Positions 1-8,108 of a stretch of 16,463 nt of DNA are shown here, one piece after another (within the stretch, counting starts at the first letter, position 1; every line of letters begins with the position of its first letter). The stretch comes from Candidatus Hadarchaeales archaeon. GTDB lineage: Archaea; Hadarchaeota; Hadarchaeia; Hadarchaeales; Hadarchaeaceae. The stretch lies in contig JAWCKV010000021.1 of NCBI GenBank assembly GCA_038851565.1, positions 1 through 16,463 on the forward strand. Direction: 5' to 3'. A model generated the notes under the pieces. It was not told where the DNA came from. It ran no database searches and saw only the letters and a list, made by a program, of their open reading frames with translations. The position numbers and the translations under genes are program-made.

Positions 1-49
1 GGAGGCTCTCCCAAGCAAGATGGGCAATTTTCAGTCCGCCACTCCCCAC
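1..49 (-). CDS. 5' end of a second GT4-family glycosyltransferase (runs off the left edge)
   Basis: Manual translation of 49->1 gives VGSGGLKIAHLAWESL. KIAxLxWESL matches the N-terminus of archaeal glycogen-cluster GT4 enzymes (MKIAxxxWESLHS...). Co-directional with the glycogen cluster. Start is GTG at 49 or CTG at 34. Only 16 codons are visible. Confidence 0.65.
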   Translation of the reverse strand, partial: MGSGGLKIAHLAWESL

Positions 50-80
50 CGATCTCTTACATTACAACTGTTGCTACGAT

Positions 81-90
81 TATTAAAAGG
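81..90 (-). promoter_or_regulatory. Putative TATA box for the edge GT4 gene
   Basis: Minus-strand CCTTTTAATA directly after the GH57 stop, about 32-47 nt upstream of the candidate starts. Confidence 0.4.
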
Positions 91-1629
91 CTAACACCGG
101 CCCGGTGACTCAAGTTCGTGGATCCTCTCCTCTATTGTGCGGGAAACGTCGCTCCCCCGAACCACCGGCGTGCTCGTGCTCAGGGCTGAGATCCTCGAGG
201 CGAGCTCGTGATCCCCTATTGTGTCATTGACCCACCTGTAAAGGTCCCCGCGCTCGAGGTGCTCTTTAACAGAGCGCTCAGGCGCCATCCTCAGCACGTC
301 CGACAGCTCCCGAAGGCTGTGGGCGGAGAGGTTCACGTACCTTCCCCCCTCGAAGAAGTGAAACGCCATATCCGGCGGCACCGGCCTGAGCAGCCTGAGC
401 GATGCTCCGGCAGAGCCCAGAGCCTCTGAGACCCTCAGATAAAAATCAGAAAGGATTCTCATGTAGACCCAGAAGGCCTCGGACGGGAACTGCTGGCTGA
501 AGTATCCGTGGACGAGCCCCGACGGTCCCGGCGTGGCGAACATGTAGTATATGAGGTCGCTCGTCTGAAGCAGCCTCCATGTCCTCAAAAGCTCCGCGTC
601 TCCGGTCGACCTCACCCAGCGCTCCAGCGCCTTCAGGTGATTGAAGGCCGTCCTCTGCATGTCGTTGCCAAGCCACGCGTTGGTGCTTCGCTCTGCATCT
701 GCCCAGGAGATCGTGTTGAAGTCATGAACATCTATCTCCCCGACGGGATCGTGCCTGACGATCTCCGACGGGAGCGAGAAGCTCAGGTTGTCGTGCTTCA
801 GGACCTCGCCGGGAAGCCAGCGAAGGAACTCGTGTATCCCGGTCTCCGGCCACTGGTGCTCGCCCATCGTCTCGTAGTCCATGAAGATGTTGATGCATGT
901 TCCGGGAGTACAGGCAAGCCAGTACGAGTATCTCTCCGCGGTCAGGGGCCAGCCCTCCCAGTCCCTGTTTGAAAACCTGAACGCTATGTCGTCGGAGAGC
1001 CTGTAGTTCCTCAGCAGGACCTTTATGTCGGCAGAGCTAGCGCGGTAGACGAAGTTCGGGGACCTCCATCCCAGGATCCTATCCGCGCCCTCCGTGAATA
1101 TTCCCCTGAACCCAAGCGCCGCTATCGTCCTCGCTATGGAATTGTTGTATATGAACTCAGTGTTCTCGAAAACTGTGGGCTTGTATCTGAAAAGCTCCTC
1201 TATCCTCCGCCTGTGCATGTGCACCTGTTCGATGAACTCCGTTCTGTCCGAGGAGAATATGCTGGAGAGGGAGTGGTAGTAGGTCTGGCAGAGGAACTCC
1301 GCGCAGCCCGTGCGCGCGACCTCCCTGAACAGGTCTAGGAGTTCCGGATGCCAGCGCTCGCACTGCTCGAGAAATGTCCCTGAGAGGCTGAAGGCGACCT
1401 TGAACTTCTTCCTCTCACCTCTGTACCTCTCCAGGTTCTCCAGGATTATCTGGGTCGCGGGCATGTAGCATTTTCTGACCACCCTCAAAAAGATCTCTCT
1501 GTTCAACCTGCTGTCGAAATAAACGTCAAAGAGCTCGGATGCCCTCCTGCCAGCTGCCATTTCATCCCTGAACCTCCTGTTAAGCCTGAATGGCTGGTGA
1601 ACCTCAAATGCAAGACAAATCTCAGCCAT
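91..1629 (-). CDS. GH57 family alpha-amylase/glycoside hydrolase with C-terminal DUF5752-like domain
   Basis: GH57 motifs FEVHQP, QTYYHSL, FENTEFIY (nucleophile Glu), IFMDYETMGEHQW (acid/base Asp), ISWAD.ER...AWLGN and LQTSD. The ATG at 1629 (MAEICLAF) overlaps the upstream TGA (ATGGCTGA). 512 aa. Confidence 0.92.
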   Translation of the reverse strand: MAEICLAFEVHQPFRLNRRFRDEMAAGRRASELFDVYFDSRLNREIFLRVVRKCYMPATQIILENLERYRGERKKFKVAFSLSGTFLEQCERWHPELLDLFREVARTGCAEFLCQTYYHSLSSIFSSDRTEFIEQVHMHRRRIEELFRYKPTVFENTEFIYNNSIARTIAALGFRGIFTEGADRILGWRSPNFVYRASSADIKVLLRNYRLSDDIAFRFSNRDWEGWPLTAERYSYWLACTPGTCINIFMDYETMGEHQWPETGIHEFLRWLPGEVLKHDNLSFSLPSEIVRHDPVGEIDVHDFNTISWADAERSTNAWLGNDMQRTAFNHLKALERWVRSTGDAELLRTWRLLQTSDLIYYMFATPGPSGLVHGYFSQQFPSEAFWVYMRILSDFYLRVSEALGSAGASLRLLRPVPPDMAFHFFEGGRYVNLSAHSLRELSDVLRMAPERSVKEHLERGDLYRWVNDTIGDHELASRISALSTSTPVVRGSDVSRTIEERIHELESPGRC

Positions 1630-3598
1630 GGACACCACAAAGCTTTTTCTCGAACTCCGGCCTTCTCCCAAGTATGTCCTCCGAATAGGCCCTCAGCACC
1701 TCCGCAACGCTCCATGCCTGGGAGATGCAGCCGCGCGGATGGTGTGGCTCATCCCCGTCAAATATCTCGGAGATGGTCCCCAGACCCGCCTCCCGAAGGT
1801 GCGGTCCGGCGAGATAATCAATAAGCCTGGCCGCCTCCTCCCTGTCTCCTCCGGTGCGCACGAAGGCCGTGATGAACGGACCCATGAGCCAGGACCATAC
1901 CGTTCCCTGGTGATACGCCAGATCCCGCTCCTCCTGGTTTCCTGCGCACCTCCCCCTGTAGCCCTCCTCCCCCTGAGCAAGGCTCCTCAGCCCGACCCTG
2001 GTGAGCAGCCTTCGCCTAACAGCCTCCACCACATGCCTTGCGGCCTCACCGCGGATCACCGGAAATGGCATGCTGACCGCGAATATCTGGTTCGGCCTCA
2101 TCCTCCTGTCCGGCTCGACTGAAACAACATCATACAGACAACCGCCTTCCGGATTCCAGAAGGCCCTGAGAAAGTTTTCCTCCACCTCATCGGCCACGCC
2201 GGCATGCGGGAACTCCTCCCCTGCTGCCCTTCCTATTCCCTCCATGCTTCTCAGAGCGTTGTACCACATCGCGTTTATCTCCACTGCCTTTCCCCTGCGG
2301 GGGGTGACCTCCGCCCCCCTCACGACCGCATCCATCCAGGTCCTCTTATCGCTCACCAGAAGTCCATCCTGGTCCACCCGCACCCCCTCGTGCTTTCCCC
2401 TCACGATCGCATCGACCATCCCAACCAGGAACCCCCACATCCGCCTCGCGAACTCAACATCATAGGTGTAGCACAGGTACCGCTGAAATGCGTAGATGTA
2501 CAGGAGCGAAATGTCGATCGGGCCGTACTCGGCGTTCTTGTCTTCAAACCAGTTCGGAAGCAGTCCATCCCTGGCCCGCGCCGCCATATCTAACAATATC
2601 CTCCTCGCATCCGCATACCTGCGCGTGATCAGCGTGAGTCCGGGAAGGCTGAGAAGCGTGTCCCGCCCCCAGCAGCCGAACCAGTGATACCCTGCGATGA
2701 CCCTGCCGTCTGCCAGGAAGGAATCAGAGGCTCGCACGAGCTCATCCACGCCGTGGAGCCCGCACTCCTCCACCAGCTCTCTCAGCCTGGCCTCCTCCCG
2801 CGCCAGCAGGGCGGCGGAGCCAAAGACAAGTTTTGGAGCGATCTCCTCGTAGACCGAGCGGGCATCCCTCCCGCCCACCGCGAGAAGACTGAACACGGCT
2901 GAAGACCTGAAGGCGGACTCAAAATATCCGGGGCAGTACCCCGCATCCAGAAAATCATAGCCACGCTCCCTGTCCTCCCTGTAGAGGATGTTCCTGTACC
3001 ACCTCCTCTCCTCCGGGAGGCTCGATCTCACGTACTCCATGTCAGGACATCCCACCACCAGAATCGGGTTTTCCCCCGCGATGACCTCCACGCTCCTCGG
3101 CATCTCCCACTGGCGGAACTCCGCCCTTCCCTCGCCGAGCAGCGAGTGGATGTCCCTGCAGCTGACGAGCGGCCTGAGGACAAGCTTCAGCCTCAGCCCC
3201 CGGGGGTTGTCCACCTCATACCTCACCACGGTCGCGTTTCTCCCGCGTACCATGAAGACGGTCTTTCTGACCCCCACGCCCCCGCATTCGTAGTGGAAGG
3301 TCGGAAACGGCGATGTTGAGAACCTGACAAGGTTTCTGTATCCCTCGGGATGTATCACCGAGGGGTACTCCGCTGAGGAGAGCGGGAAGGAGACCTCTCC
3401 GGAGATCTCCTCGTGAACCTGCGGCAGGATCACCTTTCTCCCGAAGGGAGGATCCGAAAGGGGAGCGATGAGAAGGCCGTGATACCTCCTCGTGTTTATC
3501 CCCGCGACCGTGGATGAAGCGTACCCTCCAAGGCCGTTTGTGACTACCCACTCCCTTGAGAGCATCTCATCGAGGCCTCTGAAAGGGCCCAATTCCAC
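1622..3598 (-). CDS. Glycogen debranching enzyme, archaeal type (amylo-alpha-1,6-glucosidase; GDE_N + GDE_C)
   Basis: EWVVTNGLGGYASST...TRRYHGLL N-domain; AGYHWFGCWGRDT, TWMDA, TPRRGKAVEINAMWYNAL, RPNQIFA, YHQGTVW, EIFDGDEPHHPRGCISQAWSVAE. GTG at 3598 is preceded by GAGGGTGA + 4 nt (alternative ATG at 3565). Confidence 0.93.
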   Translation of the reverse strand: MELGPFRGLDEMLSREWVVTNGLGGYASSTVAGINTRRYHGLLIAPLSDPPFGRKVILPQVHEEISGEVSFPLSSAEYPSVIHPEGYRNLVRFSTSPFPTFHYECGGVGVRKTVFMVRGRNATVVRYEVDNPRGLRLKLVLRPLVSCRDIHSLLGEGRAEFRQWEMPRSVEVIAGENPILVVGCPDMEYVRSSLPEERRWYRNILYREDRERGYDFLDAGYCPGYFESAFRSSAVFSLLAVGGRDARSVYEEIAPKLVFGSAALLAREEARLRELVEECGLHGVDELVRASDSFLADGRVIAGYHWFGCWGRDTLLSLPGLTLITRRYADARRILLDMAARARDGLLPNWFEDKNAEYGPIDISLLYIYAFQRYLCYTYDVEFARRMWGFLVGMVDAIVRGKHEGVRVDQDGLLVSDKRTWMDAVVRGAEVTPRRGKAVEINAMWYNALRSMEGIGRAAGEEFPHAGVADEVEENFLRAFWNPEGGCLYDVVSVEPDRRMRPNQIFAVSMPFPVIRGEAARHVVEAVRRRLLTRVGLRSLAQGEEGYRGRCAGNQEERDLAYHQGTVWSWLMGPFITAFVRTGGDREEAARLIDYLAGPHLREAGLGTISEIFDGDEPHHPRGCISQAWSVAEVLRAYSEDILGRRPEFEKKLCGVHG

Positions 3599-3608
3599 CA
3601 GATCACCC

Positions 3609-4856
3609 TCAACCTGAGTCCGCAATGGTCTGATAGTAAACGTGCAGGGTTTTTTCAACGACCTTGTCGAGCGCGAACTCCTCGAGAACCCTGTTTCTGG
3701 CGTTCTTGCCGAGGCGCCTTCTGAGCTTTTCGTCCTTCAGGAGTTCGAGGACGAAGTTGGCGATGTCGTTTGGATCATCCGGGTTTATGTGGGAGCCACA
3801 CCTATTCGGTCCCGAGGGTATGACCTGCTCCCTGAAGCCAGAGACGCCCCTTGCGCCGACCACAACGGGCTTGCCCATGCTCATGGCCTCCGTGCACACT
3901 ATCCCGAACGGCTCGTACTTGGAGGGGAAAACCGCCAGGTCACAGGCCGCGTAGTACATTATGCGCTCCTCCTCGGGAACGTATTTGAACGCGCATATCA
4001 CGCTGTCCTTTATTCCGAGCTGGGAGATGAGTTCTCTCAGAAATCCCTCCTGATCGCCCTTCCCGAGGAGCACCAGCTTGGCGTTGGGAACCTCCTTCAA
4101 CACGGCCGGCATCGCCCTCACAAGCGTGTCGGCTCCCTTCACCCACGTCAGCCTTCCAACGAAGAGGATCATCGGATTGTTTCCGACCCCTATGCTCCGC
4201 CTGAACTCATCTATCTTCTCGGGGGGTATTCTATCAGGATCGTACTTTTTCTCATCCACCCCATTGTACACCACCCTTATCTTTCCCTCATCGTATCCCA
4301 GTGAGATGAGCTGGTCGCGCATCGCATAGCTCACGGTCACTATTGTCTCGGCCGTCCTGCCCCCGGCCCTCTCCAGCCCCTTTATCGAGGGAGAGCCGTC
4401 CCCCACCCTTCCCTCCTCAACCGAGTGAAGATGAAAGACCAGCGGCTTCCCCATGGCCTTCTTGCAAGTTATGCCGGCCACGGAGGAGAGCCAGTCGTGG
4501 GCCACCACAAGGTCGAAGTTTCTCCTCTCGGCCTCCACCAGAAGGTTGACGGCCTTCGTGGTTGAGAGTATGTTGTAGAGCAGGACGCCGGAGAAATACC
4601 TCTGGGAGCTCAAAGGCCAGCGCTTGACCTCATCAGGCATGAGCACAGAGAGGAGCTCCGTGACATCAACTGTGATGGGCCTGTGAACCTCAACCCCATC
4701 TATCACCTCCTTGGTCGGCGTGCCCTCAACCTTGTTTGCGAACACGGTGACTCCGTGGCCCAGCTTCACGAAGCGCCTTGTCATCTCGTAGGCATACGTG
4801 CCCAGCCCCCCCACGAAAAACGGAGGGTATTCAAACGAGAGATAGAGCAAGTTCAT
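3609..4856 (-). CDS. GT4 family glycosyltransferase (glycogen synthase-like)
   Basis: FEYPPFFVGGLG, AHDW, HLHSVE, YNGVD, LFVGRL..VKG and FPSKYEPFGIVCTEAM GT-B/GT4 motifs; SD GGGAGTGA + 4 nt + ATG; glycogen-cluster context. Confidence 0.9.
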   Translation of the reverse strand: MNLLYLSFEYPPFFVGGLGTYAYEMTRRFVKLGHGVTVFANKVEGTPTKEVIDGVEVHRPITVDVTELLSVLMPDEVKRWPLSSQRYFSGVLLYNILSTTKAVNLLVEAERRNFDLVVAHDWLSSVAGITCKKAMGKPLVFHLHSVEEGRVGDGSPSIKGLERAGGRTAETIVTVSYAMRDQLISLGYDEGKIRVVYNGVDEKKYDPDRIPPEKIDEFRRSIGVGNNPMILFVGRLTWVKGADTLVRAMPAVLKEVPNAKLVLLGKGDQEGFLRELISQLGIKDSVICAFKYVPEEERIMYYAACDLAVFPSKYEPFGIVCTEAMSMGKPVVVGARGVSGFREQVIPSGPNRCGSHINPDDPNDIANFVLELLKDEKLRRRLGKNARNRVLEEFALDKVVEKTLHVYYQTIADSG

Positions 4857-4887
4857 CCCATCACTCCCTTTCTACTGATGGGGGATT

Positions 4888-4902
4888 GTTTAAATTTCTT
4901 TG
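4888..4902 (-). promoter_or_regulatory. Putative BRE/TATA promoter of the GT4-GDE-GH57 operon
   Basis: Minus-strand CAAAGAA-ATTTAAAC about 32 nt upstream of the GT4 ATG. Confidence 0.55.
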
Positions 4903-4983
4903 GTTGAGATGAAGCGCAGAAAAATCTAAATGGAGGTCGTGCCCCCCACAAGCGCCGCGCGCAGACTAGAAGGATAAAACGAC

Positions 4984-6054
4984 TCACGGCCCAAACTGGG
5001 TTCTGAGGGAGGCCGCCACGTCCTCAGGCATCACCTCTATCACAGGCTCCAGGTGAAGCCTTTCCATGAAGCCGCAGTCACTTATGTGAAACGGGGCAGG
5101 AGCCGGCCTGCTTATCACCCTCACGTTCAACCAGTAAAAATCCGAAATGCTCTCATCGAATGGTCCTGAGAAGGTAGTGAAGTTCATGCTCCTGACGCCC
5201 ATCTCGTGGTATCCCCTGAGAACTCTGGAAAGGCCATCGCACAGGTCGTGCAGGTCGCCTCCGACCTGAGCAAGCGATGACGAACCCTCCACTATGCCCA
5301 TCACCTCCCGGCTTGCCCGGGGCGCATAGCTGGCCAGCCAGTGCACCCTTCCGGTTCTTCCTATGTACCTCTCACCCCCCTTCATCTCGGCCTCCACGAG
5401 ATCTGCCCAGTAGTTCGAGCCGTGCCTCCCGTGGTACTCCCTGCTCCTCTCCATCAGCTCCTCGAGATGGGGGGTGGGAAGGGGCTCCGCGAGGATCTGA
5501 ACGTGGGGATGTATTATGCTGGATGCCGCAGGCTGCATGTAATTCCAGCTTATGTGCCAGAACCTCCGGGACGGATCTAACCTTGAGACGGACGTGAAGT
5601 ACTGAACACAGGCGGAGAAACAGTCGGCCATCATGTCAGCTGGGAACTCATGAAGCGAGAGGTAATGATCCTCCGAAAACACGCCGACAGCATGAAAAGC
5701 GCCGAACGGAAAGAGATTTGGAAAGACGATGGCCCTCCCCACCCTTATCCTCTCGCCGAGCTCGGCAGGAAGTTTTGGCGTCTTATCCTCGATGCACTGG
5801 GGGCAGAAAAAACAGTTCCTCCTGGATTCCTCCACTGTCCTCCTGAGCTCAGCGGATTCAGCTGGAGACTGCTTGGGCCTTTTTGTCCTCTCAATGTTTA
5901 TCCTGCACCTCTCCCCGGTGAGCGGGTCGGTCCTTATCTCTATCAGCTGTTCTACCTCTGAGAATCCACAAAGCGGACTGCGGAACCTAGCTAGCTGGTG
6001 GGATTTGATGAAGCTTATGCCCCTGCGCATCCTCTCACGGTAGAAGTCTGGCAC
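4984..6054 (-). CDS. galT: GalT-like (HIT superfamily) hexose-1-phosphate nucleotidyltransferase
   Basis: EIRTDPLTG, Zn motif CFFCP, VFPNLFPF and catalytic HxHxQ (AASSIIHPHVQ). Start is GTG 6054 or ATG 6030; an AT-rich TAAATTAAAA at 6070-6061 would favour the latter. Substrate uncertain. Confidence 0.8.
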   Translation of the reverse strand: MPDFYRERMRRGISFIKSHQLARFRSPLCGFSEVEQLIEIRTDPLTGERCRINIERTKRPKQSPAESAELRRTVEESRRNCFFCPQCIEDKTPKLPAELGERIRVGRAIVFPNLFPFGAFHAVGVFSEDHYLSLHEFPADMMADCFSACVQYFTSVSRLDPSRRFWHISWNYMQPAASSIIHPHVQILAEPLPTPHLEELMERSREYHGRHGSNYWADLVEAEMKGGERYIGRTGRVHWLASYAPRASREVMGIVEGSSSLAQVGGDLHDLCDGLSRVLRGYHEMGVRSMNFTTFSGPFDESISDFYWLNVRVISRPAPAPFHISDCGFMERLHLEPVIEVMPEDVAASLRTQFGP

Positions 6055-6067
6055 AGACGATTTTAAT

Positions 6068-7108
6068 TTATCTGCTGGGGAGGATCTTCTCGGCCACGAG
6101 GTTGAGAACGACCTCAGCTATGTCGCAGCTGTACTCGTATACCCTGCGCAGGCTCTCGGCGATAAACCTCAGCATGACAGCATCTCCAAGCAATTTTCTG
6201 CCGTGTATCTGGTCCGCTATCGCTTTCTCCACTACAACCATTGATCCCTTTCCTTCTATAACGGCCTCGGCTAGCTCCGTGTCCTCCTTGAAAAGCGACT
6301 CCATGGCCTTCTCGAAGCATTTCAACGCTATATCTTTCATCTCCACAAATTTTGTCTGCAACTGAGGGTCAGCTCTACGCTCGATGTCCATTGCGTTTTT
6401 TGATATCAGCGCTGCGTGGTCGGCTATTCTCTCAACGCTTTTGACGATCAACCGGTATCCAAGACAGTCACGTGCGCTTCTCAGTCCTATATCGCACAGC
6501 ACCGCCCTATCTTTTACAGCTGATTTCAGCTGTCTTATGACATACATGCTGAATCGGTCAACGTCGTCGTCTCTGTCCACGATGCTTTCCGCCAAGTTCT
6601 GATCCCTGTTGTTCATCAGGGACAGGGCATCTTCCAGCATCGATTTGGCGATGAGCGCCATCCTCCTTATCGCATCCTTCACGGGAAGTTCCGGGTAGCC
6701 CAGAACGACTTTCACGACTATTTCGTTCGGCAGGTCCATTATCACCTCGGTTCCGGCAAGCTTGGTTCTGGTGAAACTTTTTATGGTCTCCCGCTGCGCG
6801 GGAGAAATTCGGTCCCGGTCTGACAATATCCTGATCGTGTTGTAGCCCACAAGATAGAGCGACACCAGCTTTCTCGCTATCCTGTTTGGATCCTCATCGG
6901 GGGAAATATTCAGGACGGCCTCCTCCTTTTTAAATCGATCCGTGACCGGTGCTGTGGTTATCAGAAGGGACATGTCGTCCTGTACGCTTACGCTCACCGC
7001 GTCTCCGGCACGGAGTTTCATCTCGGAAACCCACCACTTTGGGAGCGAGACTATGTACGTCGATTTTCCGGTGAGCTGTATCTTTCTGTTTTCTTTTTTC
7101 CCTACCAT
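6068..7108 (-). CDS. Archaeal phosphate uptake regulator: AbrB/MazE-type DNA-binding domain + PhoU repeats
   Basis: N-terminal RKIQLTGKSTYIVSLPKWWV (AbrB-like), YLVGY, PhoU motifs DDDVDRF, KSVERIADHA and ESLRRVYEYSCDIAE; divergent from pstS. Confidence 0.92.
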   Translation of the reverse strand: MVGKKENRKIQLTGKSTYIVSLPKWWVSEMKLRAGDAVSVSVQDDMSLLITTAPVTDRFKKEEAVLNISPDEDPNRIARKLVSLYLVGYNTIRILSDRDRISPAQRETIKSFTRTKLAGTEVIMDLPNEIVVKVVLGYPELPVKDAIRRMALIAKSMLEDALSLMNNRDQNLAESIVDRDDDVDRFSMYVIRQLKSAVKDRAVLCDIGLRSARDCLGYRLIVKSVERIADHAALISKNAMDIERRADPQLQTKFVEMKDIALKCFEKAMESLFKEDTELAEAVIEGKGSMVVVEKAIADQIHGRKLLGDAVMLRFIAESLRRVYEYSCDIAEVVLNLVAEKILPSR

Positions 7109-7186
7109 TCGATCATCTATATAGTTTATTTTTAAATATATAAAATATTTGGCAAATCTATATAAAAAAATATATCCAAGCCCGAA
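7109..7186. promoter_or_regulatory. AT-rich divergent promoter between the AbrB-PhoU regulator and pstS
   Basis: Very AT-rich 78-bp spacer with several TATA-like elements on both strands and ATCTATATA repeated at 7115-7123 and 7156-7164. Confidence 0.75.
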
Positions 7187-7198
7187 ATGGAGGAAAAA

Positions 7199-8071
7199 AT
7201 GAAAGTGACGCTGGTAATTGCGGTGGCCCTAGTTGTCCTGGCAGTTGCAGTTGGAGGCGCGATAATCATTGTCAGCGAAACCGGTGGAGGCGGGACGGGG
7301 GTAGGGGTATCTGAAAATAACCAGGGACCTACGCAGTCAAGATCGATAAATGTGGCCGGATCCACGACAGTACTGCCGGTGGCTCAGATGTGTGCCGAGA
7401 GATGGATGGAGACACACCCAAATGACACGATCTCAGTTTCTGGAGGGGGGTCCGGCGTCGGCATAGCCTCTCTGATAGAGGGCAGGTGTGACATAGCAAA
7501 CGCCTCCAGAGCTGTAAAGTCCAGCGAAAATGAACAGGCTGGAGGACGGATCGTGGAGCACAAAATTGCCTTAGACGCGATAGCTGTCGTGGTTCACCCA
7601 GACAACCCGGTAAACGAGCTTACGACTGAACAGATAAAGAAGATATACCTCGGCGAAATCACAAACTGGTCACAGGTTGGCGGGAGCAACATACCGATAG
7701 CCGTCTACACGAGAGAATCAACCTCAGGGACATATGAAACTTTTCACGAGCTGGTGATGAGGAAGGAGAACATAACGCCGAATGCCCTTACAACAACATC
7801 AAACGGGGAGATGCGGCAGAACGTCTCTACTAACCCGAACGCCATAGGATACGTTGGAATAGGATATATTTCCGGAGTTAAAGCTCTCAGGATCAACGGA
7901 GTTTCACCGTCGAGTCAGACCGTGCAGAACGGTACTTACCCCATACGCAGATACCTGTACATGTACACGCTGGGAGAACCGACTGGACTTGCCAAGGACT
8001 TTATAGATTTCGTGAAGGGACCGGAGGGTCAGCAGATTGTCCAAGAAAAGGGATTCGTGCCCCTCTCATAG
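7199..8071 (+). CDS. pstS: Phosphate ABC transporter substrate-binding protein
   Basis: AGSTTVLP, GGGSGVGI, DIANASR, IALDAIAVVVHP, RESTSGTYETF, NAIGYVG, YPIRRYLY; N-terminal hydrophobic anchor. ATG 7199 follows GGAGG (alternative ATG 7187). Confidence 0.95.
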   Translation: MKVTLVIAVALVVLAVAVGGAIIIVSETGGGGTGVGVSENNQGPTQSRSINVAGSTTVLPVAQMCAERWMETHPNDTISVSGGGSGVGIASLIEGRCDIANASRAVKSSENEQAGGRIVEHKIALDAIAVVVHPDNPVNELTTEQIKKIYLGEITNWSQVGGSNIPIAVYTRESTSGTYETFHELVMRKENITPNALTTTSNGEMRQNVSTNPNAIGYVGIGYISGVKALRINGVSPSSQTVQNGTYPIRRYLYMYTLGEPTGLAKDFIDFVKGPEGQQIVQEKGFVPLS

Positions 8072-8105
8072 TTCCGGCCGGAGAGGTCATTTTTTTAATT
8101 TTTTT
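8062..8105 (+). terminator. Hairpin + double T7 tract between pstS and pstC (putative partial terminator or mRNA stability element)
   Basis: CCTCTC(8062-67)/GAGAGG(8081-86) stem overlapping the palindrome TCCGGCCGGA (8073-82), then TTTTTTT-AA-TTTTTTT (8090-8105). Confidence 0.6.
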
Positions 8106-8108
8106 ACT

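Noticed and set aside
4903..4983. Possible small RNA in the galT-GT4 spacer
   Set aside because: No convincing stem, tRNA fold or C/D-box pair is visible
7132..7365. 77-aa minus-strand ORF over the pstS 5' end
   Set aside because: Antisense mirror of the pstS anchor and linker, ending in the promoter; no independent support
8037..8108. ORF-track N-terminal extension of pstC (likewise 1630-1671, 3599-3658 and 14861-14908 for other genes)
   Set aside because: The extensions overlap neighbouring genes or regulatory tracts and lack family-like sequence; downstream starts fit better
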